The notes beneath the pieces were generated by a model. That model was not told where the DNA came from. It saw only the letters and a program-made list of their open reading frames with translations, and searched no databases. Positions 54,120-61,658 of a DNA stretch of 64,000 nt are shown piece by piece (within the stretch, counting starts at the first letter, position 1; each line of letters starts with the position of its first letter). Position numbers and translations under genes: made by a program. Source of the stretch: Nitrospirota bacterium (GTDB lineage Bacteria; Nitrospirota; UBA9217); contig CAVTRN010000001.1 in the NCBI GenBank assembly GCA_963737155.1, positions 864,001 to 928,000 on the forward strand, read 5' to 3'.

Positions 54120-55234
54120 ACTTGCTCAGGAAGAACGGAATTGATTTTACCGCATCGCTTCCCTGCGAGAAGATTAAAACCCTTCTTGACCTGGTGGATC
54201 GGTCCTTCCCGCATGTCCCCCTCACGCGCGAGGAAGAAGGCGTCGGCATATGCGCCGGCGCTGCGCTCGCTGGCAAAAAACCGGCCATCTTCATCCAGAG
54301 TTCCGGCATCGGGAACATGATCAATGCCCTGCTGTCGCTCACGGCATTCTATGAACTGCCTCTTGCGCTATTTATCAGCAGACGGGGCATCTACCAGGAG
54401 AAAATCGAGGCTCAGTTCCCCATGGGCCAGCGGCTTCCGTCAATCCTGGATGGCGCAGGGATCGGCTATTCGGAAATCAACACTGTTGATGACCTCGCCG
54501 TTGTTGACGTTGAGTTGCCGGAGGTCTACCGAAAGAACGTGATTCATGCTTTCCTGCTAAATCCGGCAGTGTGGGAAAACTCGGATTGCCGATCACAGAC
54601 TGCGAATTGCGGATTTAAGCAAAAAAAAACCGGTGTTCAGAATGCATCACCAATCGTGCCGCATGCATTGCGGCCAATACTCACACGGTATGAGATTTTG
54701 AAAACCATTGCTCCCTATCTTGACGGCAAGGCAGTTGTGTGCAATCTCGGATGGCCCTCCAAGGAACTGTATGCAATCAAGGACCAGCCATCGAATTTCT
54801 ACATGCTCGGTAGCATGGGCATGGCCACGCCTATCGGCTTGGGCATCTCCCTCACGTCATCCAAAGAGGTGGTCGTGCTCGATGGCGATGGAAGCCTGCT
54901 CATGAATCCCGGAACACTGGCGACCGCTGCCGCTGCCGCACCCCGGAACCTGATGATCATCGCCATCGACAACGGAGCTTATGGCTCGACAGGAAACCAG
55001 CCGACACTGACGGCATCCTGCACGGACCTGGAGCAGGTGGCGAGGGGATTCGGATTCAGGGAGACGGTGAAAGCAGCGTCAGAAAAGGAATTTGTAGAGG
55101 TTATGAAACAGCATCTGCAGGGTGTTGCCTTTATCCATGCCCTGGCAATACCGGGAAACAAGGATGTGCCGAACATTCGACTCCATCATCTTGAGATCAA
55201 AAAGCAGGTGCAGGATTTTTTGAACAAACCATAA
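54092..55234 (+). CDS. comDE: Sulfopyruvate decarboxylase, fused alpha+beta subunits
   Basis: ComD half: SLPC, PLTREEEGVGICAGA, QSSGIGNMINAL. ComE half: NLGWPSKEL, NFYMLGSMG, TPP motif DGDGSLLMN...IDNGAYGSTGNQ. Confidence 0.87.
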   Translation: MPQPEEKLIDLLRKNGIDFTASLPCEKIKTLLDLVDRSFPHVPLTREEEGVGICAGAALAGKKPAIFIQSSGIGNMINALLSLTAFYELPLALFISRRGIYQEKIEAQFPMGQRLPSILDGAGIGYSEINTVDDLAVVDVELPEVYRKNVIHAFLLNPAVWENSDCRSQTANCGFKQKKTGVQNASPIVPHALRPILTRYEILKTIAPYLDGKAVVCNLGWPSKELYAIKDQPSNFYMLGSMGMATPIGLGISLTSSKEVVVLDGDGSLLMNPGTLATAAAAAPRNLMIIAIDNGAYGSTGNQPTLTASCTDLEQVARGFGFRETVKAASEKEFVEVMKQHLQGVAFIHALAIPGNKDVPNIRLHHLEIKKQVQDFLNKP

Positions 55235-55247
55235 CGATGGCAGAGAC

Positions 55248-55847
55248 TCATAACCGCCCCGAAGTTCCGTATTCCCGGACATAAACCTTGATAGCCCTGA
55301 GGATTATCCAGTCAAGGGTGACGTTGTTCTCCTTCGCGATGCTGATCAAGGCATCGATCGTATCTTTGTCAATGACGGGTATGTCTTGCGGTTTAGCCGT
55401 CTCCGCAGCCGCTGTTTCCAATTCCGCTGCTTCTAATAATTCCTCTCCTGCTTCGGGATTCCGTTTCAGATGTTCCCGCCGCAGCATGTCCGTCAATTCC
55501 TGCACGTTGCCGCCCTGAATGGCGCTTCGAACATCCCCGGGAACATCCCCTGCCGTGATCGCTTGCTCAGGTATCGCGCCTTCCAGCGGCTGCCGCAAAT
55601 TTAACTCCGGCGGTGCTCCCTGAGACATGCCGGTCATTCCAAGCATCATGGTCACCAAGTTCCTGGCATATTCATTATCAGGCATTTCCTGCTTGAGCAA
55701 CTCATCAAGTTTGCCTTCCACCATGGCCGCTGCCATGCGGTCTGCTGTCAGGGATTCACGGTTCTCGCTCTTCTCGGACGACTTTTTCCAGCCGAATGCG
55801 GTGGTCGGCGGCGTAGGTAGAGGTTTGTTCTTATCTGTTTTTTTCAT
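55248..55847 (-). CDS. Hypothetical protein with possible C-terminal ribbon-helix-helix-like segment
   Basis: 199-aa ORF with GAGGGG SD; C-terminus IDKDTIDALISIAKENNVTLDWIILRAIKVYV. Confidence 0.7.
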   Translation of the reverse strand: MKKTDKNKPLPTPPTTAFGWKKSSEKSENRESLTADRMAAAMVEGKLDELLKQEMPDNEYARNLVTMMLGMTGMSQGAPPELNLRQPLEGAIPEQAITAGDVPGDVRSAIQGGNVQELTDMLRREHLKRNPEAGEELLEAAELETAAAETAKPQDIPVIDKDTIDALISIAKENNVTLDWIILRAIKVYVREYGTSGRL

Positions 55848-55954
55848 AGCCCCTCACATAAACTGATTATAATTACGTGATACTAAGGATTAAGCCTGAG
55901 ATCAATACAATAGACCGCACTGTCCGTGGGCGACCAGGTTGTGAGCTCAATGCG

Positions 55955-56899
55955 TTACCCCGTTATTGCGATCCCATCGTGATAATGCTCTTTTTCGGGA
56001 TGAATGTGGTCGATAATCTCCCGTGAGAAGATCCGATCCGGCCCCACAGCGGAGCCGATATATCCTCTTTTTTCTAAAACCGGCACGAACTTCATGGTCG
56101 AAGCGATATATTCCCCCGTCAATTGGGCGCAGTATTTTGGCGAAACCGCAAGCGTATCTCGTACAAATTCCTGATCGATGATGCCGACGAAGTCCGCGAT
56201 CGCGAGCGCGGCATCTGACGGATGCTGTCTTATAAACGCGGTGGCCTCCTCATGAAGGAGAAGGAACCGTTCCACGGTCTTCTTTTCTGCCTGCAGGAAT
56301 CTCCGGTCAGCCACGATACCGTAGCTCGGGTTGGCAGGCCAAAGCAACGACGGGGGGTACAATATCTTACCACCGGCAAAGCGCTTGATGGCGACGGCGA
56401 GCGCGGGAGTACCGAATGCTGCCGAGACCTCATCATGAACAACGGCTTCGGTTACCAGATCAGCCCATGGATAATTGACGATCGTGACCTCCGAACCCAG
56501 ATCATATCGCTCAATACAGTCCTTCAGGATGACGTCATGGATCGATCCTTTTCCGGGCACGCCGATTCTTCGTCCCCGGAACTGCTGCAGGACCGCGCGC
56601 AAATCCGCCCCCTCGGCATGACCCAGCCATTGAGACTTACCGGCCATGACCGTTCCTTCCATGTGGCCGCCTGCCAAGCAGATTACGTCGATACCCTGTG
56701 CAATACCGATAATCGCCGGAGGAAGCCCGATATAGGCAAGATCAAGCTCGCGGTTCTGAAAAGCCTGCATGATGGCAGGACCGGTACCCAGCAGCTTCCA
56801 CTCCACCTCTGCCTCAAGGCGGGCATTGGTGTTTCCCTTTGCCATCAACAGAATCGCTGTATGATAAAAGGTCGACAGATGACCTATCCTGATCTTCAC
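55955..56899 (-). CDS. SsuA/NrtA/THI5-like substrate-binding-fold protein without signal peptide
   Basis: GTG 56899 with AGGAG SD; IRIGHLST, GPAIMQAF..ELDLAYIGLPPA, IGVPGKGSIHDV; in-frame TGA shortly upstream. Confidence 0.82.
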   Translation of the reverse strand: MKIRIGHLSTFYHTAILLMAKGNTNARLEAEVEWKLLGTGPAIMQAFQNRELDLAYIGLPPAIIGIAQGIDVICLAGGHMEGTVMAGKSQWLGHAEGADLRAVLQQFRGRRIGVPGKGSIHDVILKDCIERYDLGSEVTIVNYPWADLVTEAVVHDEVSAAFGTPALAVAIKRFAGGKILYPPSLLWPANPSYGIVADRRFLQAEKKTVERFLLLHEEATAFIRQHPSDAALAIADFVGIIDQEFVRDTLAVSPKYCAQLTGEYIASTMKFVPVLEKRGYIGSAVGPDRIFSREIIDHIHPEKEHYHDGIAITG

Positions 56900-56940
56900 T
56901 GATGGTGATGCTCCTGCGAGCGAGTCTGAGTCCTGTAACA

Positions 56941-56969
56941 ATATTAATCTTGATCTGCTTCGAAGTCAA
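56941..56969 (-). promoter_or_regulatory. sigma70-type promoter for the binding-fold gene
   Basis: Minus strand TTGACT-17 nt-TAATAT. Confidence 0.5.
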
Positions 56970-57096
56970 CAAACTTGCAAAGCCCTCAAATTGCTTTTTT
57001 TGCCGTTTACGGTGCATGTCGGAAACCCGAAGTCTGGCAGCGAACAAACTCCTTTCTAGTTGCCCGTCCTGTTATGCTGTGTTACTATATAATAAC

Positions 57097-59127
57097 ATGA
57101 AAATCGTACTTGACAAGGACAGTTCGGAGGTGCTCAGAACGCTCGACGTGCTGGGCATGCCCGCGTTTATTGTGGATCGACAATGGACTATCCTATCGTG
57201 CAATGACGGAGTGTCTTCTTTTTTTGAATACGACCGGTCAGATATTATCGGCCGCAATATTGAAAAATACATATCTCTCGATACTATCCTCCGGGAGCGC
57301 GAAATAATGGGCACTTCTCCGACTGCCGATGCTGCCCTGGACGGTGAAGCTTCGCCGTCCCTCCGCTCGTTCTGCTTCCGCAGGCGCAGGAGTCCCGTAA
57401 CGTCTCGGATTGCCGTCATTCCAAACAGAAAACACCGGCCCGAAAGGATGATTGTCGTAGTACGTGATACACCGAACCGCGAAAACCCATCCTCGGACAT
57501 TATTTCCGCCATCCAGAGCAACAGCGTTGCTCAGGGAGAACTAATAAGTGAGCTGAGCAGTATTATCAACTCCAGTCTAAGCATTGGGACGATCTTCCGT
57601 ATGGTCGTGTCCGAACTGCGAAAGATCATCGATTACAGCAGGGCAAGTCTCCTGCTGTACAACGAAAAGGACAACAACCTCACGATTTTCGCATTGGACA
57701 CGGAAATGAAGACGGTGATGAAAAAAGGAGTGAAGGCCCCCATTGAAGGCACAAGCGCGGGCTGGGTTGTGCAGAATAACAAACCATGGATCAGCCATGA
57801 TCTCAAGGACACCCTGTTCGCCCTGGACAGGAAGCTCATGGCCGAAGGCATTCGCTCGACGATTAGCATTCCTCTGTTCCACGACCGCATGCTCGGCGTG
57901 TTCAATTTCGACAGCACTGAGCCGTTGCAATATGCCGAAACGGATCTTGATATTCTGCTGCCTGTTGCAAAGCAGATCGCCATTGCCCTCGAGAACGCAC
58001 TCCTCTTTGAGGAGATCTCGAAGGAAAAAAAGGAATGGGAGAGGACCTTTGACGCGATCACTGACATGGTCTGGATCGAGGATGGAAGGCAGCGCGTGAT
58101 CCGCGCTAATCATGCCCTCCTCGCAAGGACTGGCTTCGCAAAGGTAGAGGTAGCTGACAAGCTATGCACCGAGGTCCTCGACAAGGTCGGTATCGCCGCT
58201 ACCAGCGGCTGTCTCTGCTCCGAGATGCTATCCTGCCGGATACCGGCGTTCCGGGAGCTGAAGAGTGGAACAGGCGGCATCTTCCATTTCTGGGTTTACC
58301 CGCTCATCGATGAAGAGGGGCGGCTCTACGCAATCGTCCACTATCTGAAGGATGTAACATCCCAGAAGCGCATTGAGCAGCAGCTGATCCGTACAGACAA
58401 GCTTGCCTCTCTCGGTACGTTGGTGGCCGGCGTGGCACATGAGATCAACAATCCTCTGGGGATCATCGCGGGTTATTCCGAGGCTCTCCTCGACCGCGCG
58501 GGGAACAAGGCCCTGACCGGGGTCTGGGAATTCGAGGATTTCCCCGAATATCTCAAGACCATCCACAGCGAGATTTTCCGCTGCAAGGGGATTCTGAAAA
58601 GCCTGCTCGAGTTTGCCCGTCCATCCGGAGGAACGTTCCGGGAGATCGATATTAACGAGCTGATCAAGGAAGTACTGCTCCTGCTCCAGCACCGCGCTTC
58701 GCGCCTGAAACACTCTCTCGTGCTGAACCTGAATCGGGATGTTCCTAAGATTTACGCGGATGCTGGAAGCCTCCGGCAGCTGTTGATGAACCTTCTGCTC
58801 AATGCTGTCTACTTCACGCCTGAGGGTGGGAGCATCTTCATCAGTACCGAACAGGACGACAGCGTGCAGGAGGCGAGGTTCGAGGGATGCCTAAGCCGGG
58901 TGTGCCTCTCTGTTGCCGATACCGGGGCAGGCATCCCGGCGGATCTTCTGGACAAGGTCTTCGACCCTTTCTTTACCACTAAACCGGTGGGCGAAGGTAC
59001 CGGTCTTGGTCTCACCATCTGCCACCGGATCGTGGAAGAGCATGGCGGCGTTATTGACGTGGAAAGCGAACTCGGCAAAGGCGCGCGATTTATCATAACG
59101 CTGCCGTCGATCTCATGCAGGGAGTGA
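57097..59127 (+). CDS. Cytoplasmic PAS-GAF-PAS sensor histidine kinase
   Basis: GAF (SAGWVV...IRSTISIPL...QIAIALENA), WERTFDAI PAS, AHEINNPL, DTGAGI, FDPFFTTK, GTGLGL. Confidence 0.92.
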   Translation: MKIVLDKDSSEVLRTLDVLGMPAFIVDRQWTILSCNDGVSSFFEYDRSDIIGRNIEKYISLDTILREREIMGTSPTADAALDGEASPSLRSFCFRRRRSPVTSRIAVIPNRKHRPERMIVVVRDTPNRENPSSDIISAIQSNSVAQGELISELSSIINSSLSIGTIFRMVVSELRKIIDYSRASLLLYNEKDNNLTIFALDTEMKTVMKKGVKAPIEGTSAGWVVQNNKPWISHDLKDTLFALDRKLMAEGIRSTISIPLFHDRMLGVFNFDSTEPLQYAETDLDILLPVAKQIAIALENALLFEEISKEKKEWERTFDAITDMVWIEDGRQRVIRANHALLARTGFAKVEVADKLCTEVLDKVGIAATSGCLCSEMLSCRIPAFRELKSGTGGIFHFWVYPLIDEEGRLYAIVHYLKDVTSQKRIEQQLIRTDKLASLGTLVAGVAHEINNPLGIIAGYSEALLDRAGNKALTGVWEFEDFPEYLKTIHSEIFRCKGILKSLLEFARPSGGTFREIDINELIKEVLLLLQHRASRLKHSLVLNLNRDVPKIYADAGSLRQLLMNLLLNAVYFTPEGGSIFISTEQDDSVQEARFEGCLSRVCLSVADTGAGIPADLLDKVFDPFFTTKPVGEGTGLGLTICHRIVEEHGGVIDVESELGKGARFIITLPSISCRE

Positions 59128-59254
59128 CACCGTGAAACCTTGGGTCAAAGGAGACTTTGAAGTCTCGGGTTTCCCTTGGAGGGAAAGAGGAACTTAGATG
59201 CAGGAATTACGGAGCACGATGAAGCCGCCCGTGTTAAGGGAAAACAAATTGCTT

Positions 59255-60589
59255 ATGATCAACATTCTCGTCGTGGACGACGAAGAGCCCTTCAGAAGGC
59301 TCCTGAAAAAAGAACTTGCCCGTAAAGGATATTCAGTGGAGGTCGCGCCCGACGGTAGCGAGGCTTTGCGCCTTCTTCGCGACCGTTCCTTCGATGTGAT
59401 CCTGCTCGACGTGGTCATGCCCGGAGTGGACGGTATTTCGCTCATGAAACAGCTAAAGGAGGAACCGAGCGCGCCGGCGATCATCGTGCTAACCGGCAAG
59501 GCCACTGTGGAAACGGCGGTAGAGGCCATGAAGAACGGCGCTCATGACTATCTTACCAAACCCTACAAGCTCGACGAACTTGCCATCGTGATCGAGCGCA
59601 CCTATGAGTTCAGGAGGCTGTCCGTCAAGAGCAAACTCCTCGAACAGGAGTTGGTTAGGCAGGAGGCGCCTTTCGAATTCATCGGGAAAAGCAGACAGCT
59701 CCAGGATATACTCGCTCTCATCCAGAAGGTGGCGCCGACTGATTCGGCGGTGTTTGTCCAGGGAGAAAGCGGGACGGGTAAAGAGCTGGTAGCGAACACG
59801 GTATGGCGCTACAGCGCCAGAAAGGATGCTCCCTTCATCGCACTCAACTGCGCCACCCTGTCGGAAAACCTGATTGAATCCGAGATTTTCGGCCATGAAA
59901 AGGGAGCATTCACCAGCGCCTACCAGTTGAAGCACGGGCTTGTAGAAGTGGCTGACAAGGGAACGCTGTTTCTGGACGAGATCGGCGAAATGCCCTTCGG
60001 GCTCCAAGCAAAGTTCCTGCGTTTTCTTGATGCTGGCGAGTTCCGTCGGGTGGGCGGGAACAAATCACTATGCGCCGATGTGCGCATGATTGCCGCTACC
60101 AACAAGGATCTCCTGGCAATGATCAAGGCCGGAACGTTTCGCGAAGATTTGTACTACCGGCTGAATGTCATCAATATCACGATCCCCCCCCTTCGGGATC
60201 GGAAGGAGGACGTCGGCGATCTGGCAGGGCATTTTCTGGACAAGTATACGAAGAAGCTTGCAAAACCCATTACTGCGTTTACATCAGAGGCAACGGATTT
60301 GCTTTCCGCCTATCGGTGGCCTGGCAACGTGCGGGAGCTCGAAAATGTAATCGAACGTGCGGTGATCGTTTGTGAAACGGGCACGATTGGTGCCGAGGAT
60401 CTCTCCATCTCGTCTTACTCCGCGATTGACGACATGAGCGTCAATCCGTCGCTTGAGGAGATGGAAAAAAATTACATCCTCAGGGTCCTGAACGAGACTG
60501 CCGGCAACCAGTCCAGGGCAAGCCAGCTACTGGGCATCGATCGCAAGACCTTGTATCTCAAATTGAAAAAATACGGTATTAATCCATGA
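59255..60589 (+). CDS. sigma54-dependent NtrC-family response regulator (REC-AAA+-HTH)
   Basis: VVDDE, LLDVVMP, GESGTGKE, ESEIFGHEKGAFTSA, FLDEIGE, WPGNVREL, Fis HTH LGIDRKTLY. Confidence 0.95.
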   Translation: MINILVVDDEEPFRRLLKKELARKGYSVEVAPDGSEALRLLRDRSFDVILLDVVMPGVDGISLMKQLKEEPSAPAIIVLTGKATVETAVEAMKNGAHDYLTKPYKLDELAIVIERTYEFRRLSVKSKLLEQELVRQEAPFEFIGKSRQLQDILALIQKVAPTDSAVFVQGESGTGKELVANTVWRYSARKDAPFIALNCATLSENLIESEIFGHEKGAFTSAYQLKHGLVEVADKGTLFLDEIGEMPFGLQAKFLRFLDAGEFRRVGGNKSLCADVRMIAATNKDLLAMIKAGTFREDLYYRLNVINITIPPLRDRKEDVGDLAGHFLDKYTKKLAKPITAFTSEATDLLSAYRWPGNVRELENVIERAVIVCETGTIGAEDLSISSYSAIDDMSVNPSLEEMEKNYILRVLNETAGNQSRASQLLGIDRKTLYLKLKKYGINP

Positions 60590-60597
60590 GCGGAGAA

Positions 60598-60725
60598 TAG
60601 GCGCGAAGCGCCAAGAGGGTTACGACGAGCTGGGGGCGAAAACCTTCAGAAAGCAGCCGTCGAGAACCGTGAAATTCCCGCTACAATCGCGCAAGCGATT
60701 TAAAGGCGGGATGCAGGACAGTTCA
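60598..60725 (+). other. Highly structured intergenic element resembling an IS200/IS605 right end or omegaRNA scaffold
   Basis: Three consecutive stem-loop domains ending in GTTCA (see findings). Confidence 0.45.
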
Positions 60726-60729
60726 TAGA

Positions 60730-60758
60730 TTGACAAACATCTTCAGGACTGATACAGT
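60730..60758 (+). promoter_or_regulatory. sigma70 promoter for the MBL gene
   Basis: TTGACA-17 nt-TACAGT with extended -10 TG. Confidence 0.65.
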
Positions 60759-60768
60759 ACTGCCAACG

Positions 60769-61548
60769 ATGAGCATGATCGCAATCTCCCTCCAATCCGG
60801 TAGCAACGGCAACTGCATTTACGTCGAGACCTCGGGCGTCAAGCTTCTTTTCGATGCAGGGATCACAGGTACACAGACGGAAGAGCGGCTTGCGGCGCAG
60901 GACCGCAATATCCGTGATGTCGATGCCGTGATCATCTCCCACGATCATTCCGACCACATCCGCCATGCCGGCGTACTTCAACGAAAATATGGTCTACCGG
61001 TTTACGTGACGCCAGCCACGTTCGCTGCGGCGTCCTCCCGGTGCGCGCTCGGGAAAATGACCGACGTTCGCCACTTCCGATCCCACGACAAACTCCGATT
61101 CGACGACGTGATTGTGTACGCCATTCCCACGCCCCATGACGGCGTTGACGGGGCCGTCTTCGTGATCGAGGCTGGCGGGAAGCGGCTTGGTATCTTGACG
61201 GATCTCGGCCATGTGTTCAAGGACCTCATCCATCTGGTATCCTCGCTGGATGCCGTGTTTCTCGAAAGCAACTACGACCCGGAAATGCTCGCGCACGGTC
61301 CCTATCCCGCTTATCTCAAACAGCGCATCAAGGGGCCGCGTGGTCACATTTCGAACTTCGAGGCTGCTGAGGTCCTGCTTCGTGCATCAGCGGAAAAGCG
61401 TCTTCAATGGGCTTGCCTTGCCCATCTCTCCGAACAGAACAACCATCCCGACGTCGCTCTCAAAACCCACCATGAGGCCATCGCGGGAAAGCTGCCCCTT
61501 TTCGTAGCCGATCGCTACCGTGCATCCGGCATCCTGACGGTTTCGTAA
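60769..61548 (+). CDS. MBL-fold metallohydrolase (YycJ/WalJ-like)
   Basis: SGSNGN, SHDHSDH, PHD, TDLG, ESNYD, GHISN, AHLSEQNN. Confidence 0.9.
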   Translation: MSMIAISLQSGSNGNCIYVETSGVKLLFDAGITGTQTEERLAAQDRNIRDVDAVIISHDHSDHIRHAGVLQRKYGLPVYVTPATFAAASSRCALGKMTDVRHFRSHDKLRFDDVIVYAIPTPHDGVDGAVFVIEAGGKRLGILTDLGHVFKDLIHLVSSLDAVFLESNYDPEMLAHGPYPAYLKQRIKGPRGHISNFEAAEVLLRASAEKRLQWACLAHLSEQNNHPDVALKTHHEAIAGKLPLFVADRYRASGILTVS

Positions 61549-61658
61549 AACTCGTGCAATTGCTCACAACTCAGGTTATCGGCGCGGTCTTCCACATTGG
61601 ATGATCAAGGCTGAGCATGTTCGCCGTCAGGGAAAGGAAATGCAAGGAAGATTGCAGA

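Noticed and set aside
43149-55234. Pyrrolysine (UAG) or Sec (UGA) read-through in the methyltransferase cluster
   Set aside because: All proteins appear full length at their stops; no MttB/MtbB/MtmB genes or pyl genes in the window.
43149-55234. Methanogenesis or an archaeal contig
   Set aside because: No mcr or other mtr subunits in the window; sigma54 promoters, NtrC, TolC and MdtABC context is bacterial.
54092-55234. Phosphonopyruvate decarboxylase (also a fused TPP enzyme)
   Set aside because: Motifs are ComD/E type (LPC, REEEGVGICAG) rather than GVPDS/NEG, and the neighbour is cysteate synthase, not PEP mutase.
56902-57096. N-terminal extension of the kinase ORF to 56902
   Set aside because: It overlaps the divergent gene's promoter region and is not domain-like; ATG 57097 begins the PAS region.
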